From: Candidatus Aegiribacteria sp.
GTDB lineage: Bacteria > Fermentibacterota > Fermentibacteria > Fermentibacterales > JCC-6
Assembly (NCBI GenBank): GCA_013138965.1
Contig: WTBT01000058.1
Location: 815 to 64,814, forward strand
Direction of reading: 5' to 3'
DNA length: 64,000 bases
This document shows positions 39,820-48,371 of the stretch, one piece after another. Each line of letters starts with the position of its first letter. The stretch's first letter is position 1. The notes beneath the pieces were generated by a model. It had not been told where the DNA came from, did no database searches, and saw only the letters and a list, made by a program, of their open reading frames with translations. The position numbers and the translations under genes were made by a program.

Positions 39820-42039
39820 TTGAATATGCATATACCACATAAAAATGTTGTGATGGGTGTAGTTATTTTATTGTCACTGCCGTTATTTTTGATATATGCT
39901 CAAAATGATCCGGTAACCGTGCTATTGCAAGAAGACAGCATCGTTGCGGCGGTTGACTACACGATTAACAATACATCATCAGGTTTTGAGGCAACTTTTA
40001 CCATAACAAATACCGGCACCGAGACAATTATCTATTGGGGTCTGGAATTTGACTGGGACAGGACAATATCATCTATCTGGGATGCCGAGATTGTCAGTGT
40101 AGTCGGGGGTCATTATAAAATAACCAATGTTGGCTGGAACGCTAATATTGCGCCGGGGGAAAGTGTTTCCTTCAGCTGTATCGGAACTCCTGATACAAAT
40201 TCGGTACCGGCCAATATTGTAGTAACCTGCAATAATCTTGAGATACCACCTGATGTTCCCTGTGATGAGCTGGCGATCGTTTATGAAACAATATCTGAAG
40301 ACAGCAGTTCATTCAGCGGTCTGGCGCTGCTTGCAAATCCCAATGCCGAATACGCCTGGAACGGCAATTTCTTTGCTGTCAGATCGGTTCAATTTTTGAC
40401 TACATCAGAAATAATAAAAATCGAAAGTACTAACGGTCCGGTGGATCATGTTCAGACTGGGAATATCGTAAATATCTATCTGGGGTGGCAAAGTATGTTC
40501 CCTTTAGGAAGTTCATTGTATCTAATAATTGAGGGTAGTAAACAGGGAGGACAGGTTTATCCGGCGGAATTTTCAGTCCACTATGTAAGGTCTGAAGAAA
40601 TCAGGTATCCTTTTTACGATACCTTACCGGAGAGCTGGTATAAAGGAAAAGAAGATCTTACTTCAGCCGATCTGATAATAGATCCGCTTGTCTATTATAG
40701 CGATACCCCTCAACCAATTAACGAATATTTAATAATCTATGAGCCGAACAACACGACACAAATTCAGATTGGGCAGGTTGATTCAATGTCCTATCCGGTC
40801 AATACCGTTGATGGGGTCAGGATATGGGTTCCTACGCAATTAATGGCTATGGGCATTGGAATGGTATATGAATTTTTCAAGATCAATCCCAATTACATGT
40901 GCGCACTGGGTACCAAAGAGAATTTTGCGGCTGGTGTCGTAAGAGAAAATGTCGGCAGCGCCAGCAACCCGGTTATAATCGATGGCGAAATATGGTATTG
41001 GCCTATTATCGCTCATCCGGATGGACCTTATCAGCAGGAAACCGGAAACTTCAATGATTGTAAATCATTCTTTCCCGATTTTTTTCCGGACAATGCTGTT
41101 CATGATGATTATACTGCAATCACAGTGGATTTTACCAATCCCAACTGGATATCATCGGGGATATCTTCTGCGATAAGTATTTCGGTAACAAGAGAGATGC
41201 TGAACGCGTTTAATATAGACTATAACGGATTCATGGATAATGCAGTGGATCCCTGGGCAGAATTTTCGATTATAACCTATGCTTATAATCGCGGTATAAA
41301 CGATTTTTTAACGAAAAAATTATTCACAGATAACCGCGCACTTGCTTTAGCGTCACCAAACATTGCCGAAGAATTCGGTATGGGCGGATTCGCAAATCAT
41401 GTGCCGACTGTCCGTGCCATTACAGACGAGATGAACAAAGCGCTCTATGATATATATGATGCTCAGATCAGCCGGGAAGATATGGAGATATTCTTTGCCA
41501 GACTGCGCATGTTCTATGCTCGCGGTGTGCCATCGGATCCCGAATGGAACGCGATGGTACAGGATATCTTCCGGGCATTTGATGTTCTTGCTGAACACTG
41601 GCAGGGAAATTACATCTCTTTCCGATACGACTATCTGACATTACTGAGGATCATCAGGGAGTATCTGCCGGTACCCCATAATCCTCGACCAACCGGTCAA
41701 GACTGGTATTACCAGGTTATCAATGCAGATCCTGGTACTGGTATTGCTGAAGGTAGAGTAAACACCGATATTTTAGCAAACCAGACAATAAAGGTTTACC
41801 CCAATCCGGTCAGGGGCGGTCTAGCCTCGGCAGCCTTCAGCCTGCCTGAGCAGCAGCAGATAACACTGACAATTTACGATATCACCGGCAGACAGGTAAT
41901 GGTTGCGGCGGAAGGCATAATGAGCGAAGGAATAAACCAGGTAAGCATCAACACTTCAAACCTCACCACAGGCATATATTTCGCAAGGCTGACATCTGGA
42001 GATATTTCGGCAACGACGCGAATGGTCATCATAAGATAA
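39820..42039 (+). CDS. Secreted protein of unknown function (739 aa) with a signal peptide and a T9SS (Por secretion system) C-terminal sorting domain.
   Basis: C-terminus KVYPNPVRGG...ITLTIYDITGRQV...TGIYFARL...RMVIIR matches the Por_Secre_tail pattern. N-terminal hydrophobic signal. Confidence 0.6.
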   Translation: MNMHIPHKNVVMGVVILLSLPLFLIYAQNDPVTVLLQEDSIVAAVDYTINNTSSGFEATFTITNTGTETIIYWGLEFDWDRTISSIWDAEIVSVVGGHYKITNVGWNANIAPGESVSFSCIGTPDTNSVPANIVVTCNNLEIPPDVPCDELAIVYETISEDSSSFSGLALLANPNAEYAWNGNFFAVRSVQFLTTSEIIKIESTNGPVDHVQTGNIVNIYLGWQSMFPLGSSLYLIIEGSKQGGQVYPAEFSVHYVRSEEIRYPFYDTLPESWYKGKEDLTSADLIIDPLVYYSDTPQPINEYLIIYEPNNTTQIQIGQVDSMSYPVNTVDGVRIWVPTQLMAMGIGMVYEFFKINPNYMCALGTKENFAAGVVRENVGSASNPVIIDGEIWYWPIIAHPDGPYQQETGNFNDCKSFFPDFFPDNAVHDDYTAITVDFTNPNWISSGISSAISISVTREMLNAFNIDYNGFMDNAVDPWAEFSIITYAYNRGINDFLTKKLFTDNRALALASPNIAEEFGMGGFANHVPTVRAITDEMNKALYDIYDAQISREDMEIFFARLRMFYARGVPSDPEWNAMVQDIFRAFDVLAEHWQGNYISFRYDYLTLLRIIREYLPVPHNPRPTGQDWYYQVINADPGTGIAEGRVNTDILANQTIKVYPNPVRGGLASAAFSLPEQQQITLTIYDITGRQVMVAAEGIMSEGINQVSINTSNLTTGIYFARLTSGDISATTRMVIIR

Positions 42040-42244
42040 TGCTGGAACACATGGAGCCGCGTGCAGATCCCTGGCCTCCAACCAGAGTCTTTGGAGAATC
42101 ACGGCTGGAAAGAAGATATTGGGGCATTCTTCAGGGCAGTATTGCAGATCGTGGGAAACCCAGGTTACTATTGGTCTGATTTTAATTATTGAATGTTCTG
42201 AAGCTATACATTAAATCAGCGAATTTCCTGTTAGGAAGTGGAAA

Positions 42245-43789
42245 ATGGCAGTCTATCGGAAAATTGTTTTTCCTGCGGCATTACTTTTCATCGCGGGAGG
42301 GGTTCAGGGTGTTGGATTCGAGAAGAACATAGTCGGCTACTTCACTTCATGGTCGGTGTATGTGCGCAATTACCATGTTACTGATATCCCCGCTGACCGG
42401 GTGAATTACATCAACTACGCCTTTGCAAATATCAATCCGGCGACAGGTGAGATCGTCCTGGGTGATGCATATGCCGATATAGATAAGTGGTATCCCGGAG
42501 ACAGCTCGCATCCGGACAGTTTGCGGGGATCATTTCACCAACTGCAGATACTGAAGGCTGAAAATCCGCATATCAGAACCCTCATATCCGTAGGAGGCTG
42601 GACCTGGTCAACCTATTTCTCCGATATTGCGCTGACTCCGGTATCCAGAGAGACCTTTGCGCTATCATGCGTTCAATTCATTCAGGAGTATGACTTCGAC
42701 GGAGTTGATATCGATTGGGAATATCCCGTGGAAGGTGGGCTTCCCGGAAACATCTATCGCCCGGAGGACAAAGAGAACTTCACGGCTCTTCTCGCCGAAC
42801 TCAGGTATCAGCTGGACATAGCGGGTGATGACTACCTTCTCACAGTGGCGACCACTGCCTCTCCCGTCTACATAGAGAACATTGAACCGGATCAGATACA
42901 CCAGTATCTTGACTGGATAAATGTGATGACCTATGACTTCCATGGTCCCTGGGGTGGAGAATCCGACGCTTTCACGAATTTCAACTCACCACTTTACATG
43001 AACCCGGAGGATCCTCTGGGAGAACCATATCATTCCTTCTTCAATCTCTCCGCAGCGATCGAAGGGTACATCGGCAAAGGAGTTCCTGCGCAGAAGATTC
43101 ACGCAGGAATCCCCTTCTACGGCAGGGGGTATGCCAATGTGGAGAATGAGAACAATGGGCTTTACGTCTCCTATTCCGGACCGGCTGTTCCCGGTACCTG
43201 GGAGCCGGGCTGCTTCGATTACTGGGATCTCTCCCAGAATTACATCGACAAGAACGGCTACGTCAGTTACTGGCAGAATGATGCACAGGTTCCCTGGCTG
43301 TACAATCCAACGGAACAGAAAATGATTACCTATGATGATCCCCGATCAATTGTTGCCAAGGCCGAATTCATCAATTCCCTGAATCTGGGCGGGGCGATGT
43401 TCTGGGAGTTTCAGGCGGATAAGTATTCCGAACTGCTTGACTCTCTCTATCTGATTCTGAACGATTCGCTCCAAACCGCGGTAGGAGACAGTAATGGACA
43501 GCCTGTCGTTCCCGGCCTGATCCGGCTCAACAACTATCCGAATCCCTTCAGGCAGAGCACGACAATCGAGTTCAGCCTGCCGTACGCTTCTCCTGTTAAG
43601 CTGAGAGTGTATGATGCATCGGGGCGTATCGTCTCTACGTTGTCTTCCTCGAACTGCCCGGGCGGGATGAATTACATCATCTGGAATGGTGTTGATGACT
43701 GTAACAGACCTCTTCCGTCTGGTGTGTATCATTGTCATCTGAGTACCGAGGATACCTTCATAAACAGGCGATTGCTGATGATGCACTGA
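42245..43789 (+). CDS. Glycoside hydrolase family 18 chitinase with a T9SS C-terminal sorting domain.
   Basis: Catalytic FDGVDIDWEYP (DxxDxDxE). Signal peptide. C-terminal NNYPNPFRQSTTIEF...VKLRVYDASGRIV...SGVYHCHL. Confidence 0.85.
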   Translation: MAVYRKIVFPAALLFIAGGVQGVGFEKNIVGYFTSWSVYVRNYHVTDIPADRVNYINYAFANINPATGEIVLGDAYADIDKWYPGDSSHPDSLRGSFHQLQILKAENPHIRTLISVGGWTWSTYFSDIALTPVSRETFALSCVQFIQEYDFDGVDIDWEYPVEGGLPGNIYRPEDKENFTALLAELRYQLDIAGDDYLLTVATTASPVYIENIEPDQIHQYLDWINVMTYDFHGPWGGESDAFTNFNSPLYMNPEDPLGEPYHSFFNLSAAIEGYIGKGVPAQKIHAGIPFYGRGYANVENENNGLYVSYSGPAVPGTWEPGCFDYWDLSQNYIDKNGYVSYWQNDAQVPWLYNPTEQKMITYDDPRSIVAKAEFINSLNLGGAMFWEFQADKYSELLDSLYLILNDSLQTAVGDSNGQPVVPGLIRLNNYPNPFRQSTTIEFSLPYASPVKLRVYDASGRIVSTLSSSNCPGGMNYIIWNGVDDCNRPLPSGVYHCHLSTEDTFINRRLLMMH

Positions 43790-43845
43790 CGCGCTGATCC
43801 AATCTTGACAAAGGCAATACAAGATCACCCGTAATTGGCTTGGGT

Positions 43846-44010
43846 GAGAAGGTCCGTCGAGTGTACATTCCCAAGAGTAATGGCGGTGAAAGACCGTTGG
43901 GTATCCCTGCGCTGGAAGATAAACTGGTGCAGATGGCTTGCACGAAGCTTTTAACAGCTATCGAGTATCTCATCTGGCGCTTTCCACAACTGAACCGGAA
44001 AGCTGCACCA
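43846..44010 (+). pseudogene. Internal fragment of a group II intron-type reverse transcriptase (RT domains 1-2 only), truncated at both ends.
   Basis: EKVRRVYIPKSNGGERPLGIPALEDKLVQMACTKLL matches the conserved R.V.IPK.nGg.RPLGIP...DR.vQ.A block of group II intron RTs. A stop lies immediately upstream and homology is lost after about 55 aa. Confidence 0.5.
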
Positions 44011-44024
44011 GGCGTTGCTATTGA

Positions 44025-44969
44025 TTACATGGAATCTGTATCGTTGTCATTTTCCAAATCTGCAATGTTCTGCTTTGTATTTCTTCCCATGATAGCGGCT
44101 CCCTCCGCTCCCGCATCGGAACTTGACGGCAGAACATTCACGTTCCACGAGTAGCGGCATCTATCATTGAATTCCGATTCGGCGTGTCCCAGGAAGAATT
44201 CCGATGCCCCCATCAGGCCTCCCGCTATGAAAACACCGCCCGGACTGAAGCAGTGGTAAAGATTCGCAAGGCCTATACCGAGCCATGTTCCGAATTCCTT
44301 AAAAGCTTTTAGCGCCGCATCCTGTTTCATTGAAGCCAGTTGAGCTATTTCCTTTGGAGAAATGCACATACTGTTGTTGCCGTGTTTTCTGTAGTACTCG
44401 CTCAGGGCTCCTGATGCCGCATATCTCTCCCAGCATCCCTTTGACCCGCAGGGGCAATTCTTTCCGGACGCCTCTACCGTCATATGGCCGAATTCGCCGG
44501 CGAATCCAGATCCGTAAAGGATATTGCCGTCATGGATTATTGTTCCGCCTATGCCGGTTCCAAGGGTTATCATCAGCCAGAGACCGGAATCGGGTATGCT
44601 GGAGGATTCGATGGCCTGTATGGCGAAGACGCTGCAATCGTTATCTATTACAACGGGACAGTTGAGGATAGTCGACAGCTTGCAGCGGATAGGGTAATCT
44701 TTCCACCCGGGAAGGTTCGCGGAAAAGACAACCACTCCCTCGGATCTGTTCACAAGGCCGGCAATGCCAACACCTGCGGAACAAGGGGCATGATCAATCT
44801 CATCAATTGTCTTACTTATCTTTCGCAACAGTGAGTCCGGTCCTGATGAAGGATCGGTTTTCAGGGTTGCCGCTTTTACAAACCCTCCCGGCTTCAGATA
44901 ACCAAGAATTGTCGTGGTTCCGCCGATATCGATCCCCCAGTGCATTCCGCTGACAGGTGAATTACTCAA
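44025..44969 (-). CDS. glk: ROK-family glucokinase / sugar kinase.
   Basis: WGIDIGGTTT N-terminus, CxCGxxGC zinc motif (CPCGSKGC) and C-terminal SDAGAEGAAIMG, typical of ROK kinases. A 20 aa C-terminal tail differs from that of repeat copy 1. Confidence 0.75.
   Translation of the reverse strand: MSNSPVSGMHWGIDIGGTTTILGYLKPGGFVKAATLKTDPSSGPDSLLRKISKTIDEIDHAPCSAGVGIAGLVNRSEGVVVFSANLPGWKDYPIRCKLSTILNCPVVIDNDCSVFAIQAIESSSIPDSGLWLMITLGTGIGGTIIHDGNILYGSGFAGEFGHMTVEASGKNCPCGSKGCWERYAASGALSEYYRKHGNNSMCISPKEIAQLASMKQDAALKAFKEFGTWLGIGLANLYHCFSPGGVFIAGGLMGASEFFLGHAESEFNDRCRYSWNVNVLPSSSDAGAEGAAIMGRNTKQNIADLENDNDTDSM
44083..44154. repeat. Direct repeat copy 2 (~66 bp core). Forms the actual 3' end of the ROK glucokinase gene.
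   Basis: See copy 1 (39233-39308). On the minus strand it encodes ...WNVNVLPSSSDAGAEGAAIMGRN.... Confidence 0.8.
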
Positions 44970-46644
44970 TGCTTACTATCTCTCCGTCAATCACCCTGAC
45001 CAGAGGGAAAGCGGAGCGCGGGATAGATACGCTGCCAAGAGTACACATACCTGTAGCCCCGAAGTATATGTTCAGGGTTTCAAGATGATTTTCCAGGGAT
45101 GATCGGGAAGGGATCGATCCTTTCCACGCGTTCAGTATTATTTCCGCGGTATCGTATCCCTGGGCTGCCAGCATTGTGGGCATGGAATCGTATTTCCTCT
45201 CATAGAAATATGAAAATCTTGCTGTTGCGGGATTCATGGAGGCGGAGCCGAAGGAAACGGGGAAGACCGCGCCTTCAACGTATTCGCCACCCTGTTCCAG
45301 CAGTATTTCATCGTCCCATCCAGATGTTCCGAAGAGCTGGGATTCAACACGGTAGAATCTCAGTTGAGGGGCGAGCTGAATAGCATCCCATGCGTTTACA
45401 GGAAGGAATATACCCTCGGGCTGCTGGTATTTTATAGCGTTTATCTGATCTTTGTAATCGGTTGATCCTGATTCGTACCCCTCCATGCCTACGATCTCGC
45501 TGCCCAGTTCCTGTACTACGGAACTGAACTGCTCGGCGTTGGCCACCGATTCAGAAGTGAATTCGTGAATTATCGCAAGCGTTCTGCAGCCGGCATTTCG
45601 TACCGCGTATTCAGCTACAGCAGCAGCGTCGTCTCCCTGTGATACAACCAGCCTGTGCACATAATTACCGTAATCATCCAACTCCGAAGATGTCGCTGCA
45701 GGTGTTATCATGGGAAGAGACCACCTCTGTGCCAGAGGAGCCGCCAGTTCGGCGTTTCTGCTGGTAAGCGGCCCGATTACAGCCAGACACGAAGGATTCG
45801 GGCCCAGTGAGTTTAATATTTCCTCGATATCCGCGCTGTCGCCGGAGCAATCGAAAGTGATGAGGAAAGGCAGAGAAATGAACAGCCCCGATGACATTTC
45901 GAAGGCAAGATCCACACCGGATCTGACCCTTTCGGCGTATGTGGATCCTTCACCACTGAGGGGCAGAATCAGGGCGACGAAACCGTCTTCATGGATCGCG
46001 AAAACCGGTCTGCCGTATCGCTGATGAGCTTCAGGAAAGAGCCTGTCTATCTCCATCCCTGTCAGAATTGCCCTTTCGGTGTTTCCCTCTGCCGCGTATC
46101 TGTTTTCCAGTTCAAGAAGGAAGAAGACCTCCGTCCATCCTGTAGATGGTTCAGTGGTAAGATAGTCCATGTCCACTTTTTCAAGCGTAAGGCGTATCAA
46201 TTCCACAGCGGATTCCGATTCACCCCGGTCGAGATGATCCTGCTGCATGTTCGAGAGTGTTTCGATGCCGTTTCTGAAGGATCCCTGTTCTATTTTAACC
46301 TGGGAGAGGAGCAGCATGGCACTGGCTTTACCGTGCGAATCGATTGCGCTGCGCAGAGAATGTAATGCCGCTTCCGATGCTTCCTCAAGACGGTCGAGAG
46401 CCAGGAGGGACCTTCCCCTTCCAAACTGCCAGGAGGAGTACAGAGGGTTGTCCGGAAAGTCTTCAATAGCCCTGGAGTAGTATCTCAGAGATGCAGAGAC
46501 ATCTCCCGAACTGAAGGCACCTTCGGCCAGGGCGGTCAAGCCTTCGGGTGAATTTTCATCCTTCACGGGGGCGCATCCCATGATCGATACAACAAGAAAA
46601 ATCAGTACAGTAACCAGCGAAAGAAGAATACAGTTCTTCAACAA
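44962..46644 (-). CDS. Lipoprotein with N-terminal TPR-like helices and a C-terminal periplasmic-binding-protein (Leu/Ile/Val-binding-like) domain; LpoA-like.
   Basis: Lipobox ...SIMGC. C-terminal half resembles the type I periplasmic binding fold (LAVIGPLTS...). Confidence 0.4.
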   Translation of the reverse strand: MLKNCILLSLVTVLIFLVVSIMGCAPVKDENSPEGLTALAEGAFSSGDVSASLRYYSRAIEDFPDNPLYSSWQFGRGRSLLALDRLEEASEAALHSLRSAIDSHGKASAMLLLSQVKIEQGSFRNGIETLSNMQQDHLDRGESESAVELIRLTLEKVDMDYLTTEPSTGWTEVFFLLELENRYAAEGNTERAILTGMEIDRLFPEAHQRYGRPVFAIHEDGFVALILPLSGEGSTYAERVRSGVDLAFEMSSGLFISLPFLITFDCSGDSADIEEILNSLGPNPSCLAVIGPLTSRNAELAAPLAQRWSLPMITPAATSSELDDYGNYVHRLVVSQGDDAAAVAEYAVRNAGCRTLAIIHEFTSESVANAEQFSSVVQELGSEIVGMEGYESGSTDYKDQINAIKYQQPEGIFLPVNAWDAIQLAPQLRFYRVESQLFGTSGWDDEILLEQGGEYVEGAVFPVSFGSASMNPATARFSYFYERKYDSMPTMLAAQGYDTAEIILNAWKGSIPSRSSLENHLETLNIYFGATGMCTLGSVSIPRSAFPLVRVIDGEIVSIE

Positions 46645-46714
46645 ATACCTCCCGGATGCAGTAAATATATAGATAGTGAATATGAGTCACGCAGCGAATC
46701 CGGAAAAGGGTAAA

Positions 46715-46746
46715 GAAGAACCCGGAGAAAAGACTCCGGGTTCTTC
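46715..46746 (-). terminator. Rho-independent terminator hairpin (GAAGAACCCGGAG-AAAAGA-CTCCGGGTTCTTC) downstream of the SurA-like gene.
   Basis: Perfect 13 bp stem read directly in the 120 bp gap between co-directional minus-strand genes. Confidence 0.55.
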
Positions 46747-46763
46747 AATCGACTGGGAAGCTC

Positions 46764-48038
46764 TTATTCTCCTGAAGAGTCCGTAATAACATCCTCTTCT
46801 ATCAGAGGAATAGTTTCGATGAAAAGGCTTTCAGGAGGTGTACCCATGTTCTCGATCATCCATTCCGCGTCGTCAACAAAATCCGATTCAGGATAGTTAT
46901 CTATCAGCTGCTGGAAAGCATCAGCAGCCTTTTCATAATCGCCAGTGTATTCCGACAGGGTGAAGCCCATAAGGAATTGTGCCTGGTGAGCATTCTCATG
47001 ATCGGGGAAACGCTGGATGAACAATTTGTAGTATTGCACTGCTGACTCGGGGTTTGATTCCATCAGGTTCTGCGCTGACTGGAAGAGTGAATCGGGCTCC
47101 ACGCTTTCATCGGGCAGGAAAGCATCCTCATTTATGGTAACACCGTAGCTTTCTCTGAGCCTTGGAACAACGGTATCCTGGAAGTATGAATTGACCAAAG
47201 TGGGTTTGAGGGTGTTTTCAATGGATTCTCTTACTTCTTCGAGTGGGCGTGCGCCCTCATCCCTCTTATCCGTAACCGTAAAATAGTGAACGCCCATTGC
47301 TGTGGAGAAGGGTCCGAGAATATCATCGATGTCGGCGTCGAACAGCGCTTCCGAGATATCTGCCTGTTCTCCCAGGTAGGGCAATGGCGAGTTTATCGTT
47401 ACCCAGCCCATATCACCACCTGAAGGCATGGTGGGTGCATGCTCACTGAACGTTGTAACGACCGATTCGAAAGTGTCTCCGGCTTCCAGCGCTGCAGCCA
47501 CATCGGCCGTAGCATCTTCGGATGAAACGATTACTTGAGAAACCTTAACCTGGTGTTCCTGATAGTAAATGTCATCAACATGGTCATTGTAGTAGGCCAG
47601 AATATCTTCTTCCGGTATTACCACAGCATCTACGATTTCCTGTTGGTAGTAGGTCTGCAGGAGAGCTCTATCCCTGGCTGATTCAACCTGCTGCATGGCC
47701 AGTTCTACCTGCGCGATTACGAAAGAGTCTTTTTCGAGCCCCAGGTTCATAGCTTCAAGCAGCAGCAGTTCCCGTTCGATGATATGATCCAGAAGAAGCC
47801 TTTTTCCCTCCGGAGTCTCAAATGAGGATCTCTGATAGGGAGGTATCAGCTCCAGCTCTTTATTAATAGCTTTCTCGGTGATTTCCATTTCACCAACTGT
47901 GGCCAGAACACGGGTTGTATCGGCATTGTTGCCGTGGTTCAGTCTTTCCTGTGTTCCACATGCGCCTGCGGCAAGAATCAACATACCTGCGAAAATATAG
48001 ATAAATCTCATAAACACGGTTTCCTTTCCATGATTCAA
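46764..48038 (-). CDS. Periplasmic peptidyl-prolyl cis-trans isomerase (parvulin domain, SurA/PpiD-like) with a C-terminal TPR-like region.
   Basis: Signal peptide. Parvulin-like block VKVSQVIV...GGDMGWV. SurA-like N-terminal chaperone region. Confidence 0.55.
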   Translation of the reverse strand: MNHGKETVFMRFIYIFAGMLILAAGACGTQERLNHGNNADTTRVLATVGEMEITEKAINKELELIPPYQRSSFETPEGKRLLLDHIIERELLLLEAMNLGLEKDSFVIAQVELAMQQVESARDRALLQTYYQQEIVDAVVIPEEDILAYYNDHVDDIYYQEHQVKVSQVIVSSEDATADVAAALEAGDTFESVVTTFSEHAPTMPSGGDMGWVTINSPLPYLGEQADISEALFDADIDDILGPFSTAMGVHYFTVTDKRDEGARPLEEVRESIENTLKPTLVNSYFQDTVVPRLRESYGVTINEDAFLPDESVEPDSLFQSAQNLMESNPESAVQYYKLFIQRFPDHENAHQAQFLMGFTLSEYTGDYEKAADAFQQLIDNYPESDFVDDAEWMIENMGTPPESLFIETIPLIEEDVITDSSGE

Positions 48039-48043
48039 AATGG

Positions 48044-48265
48044 TTAATTGCTATTCTTATCCTCAGCCATTGAGAACAGGATCTTCTTCTTGGCGACCTC
48101 TTCCATGGCTGTTTGAAATGGTTTTCTTCTGGGATTGTCAACATCGACCAGAGGGGGGGCACCGGATCTGAGCTTTCTTACCCGTTTGGCGATAGCAAGA
48201 GCCAGCAGATACTGGTTATCCGTCTCTTCCCCCATAACATCTATATCCTTGTATTCGTCTGACAT
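48044..48265 (-). CDS. rpoZ: DNA-directed RNA polymerase subunit omega.
   Basis: 73 aa with NQYLLALAIAKRVRKL, the RpoZ core motif. Confidence 0.6.
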   Translation of the reverse strand: MSDEYKDIDVMGEETDNQYLLALAIAKRVRKLRSGAPPLVDVDNPRRKPFQTAMEEVAKKKILFSMAEDKNSN

Positions 48266-48371
48266 TTATACCTCCGGAGAATAATAATAAGAACACAGTT
48301 ATACTATTTTCTGTATGTATCTCTATCCTCATATGTATACAGAGTTCCAGAAACTAACCGCAGTCTCCTGT

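Noticed and set aside
39233-44154. Diversity-generating retroelement (DGR) interpretation: an RT fragment plus two near-identical repeats as template and variable repeats (TR/VR).
   Set aside because: The repeat mismatches are not adenine-specific and are all synonymous. The supposed target is a glucokinase C-terminus rather than a C-type lectin or Ig variable region. The RT fragment matches group II intron RTs.
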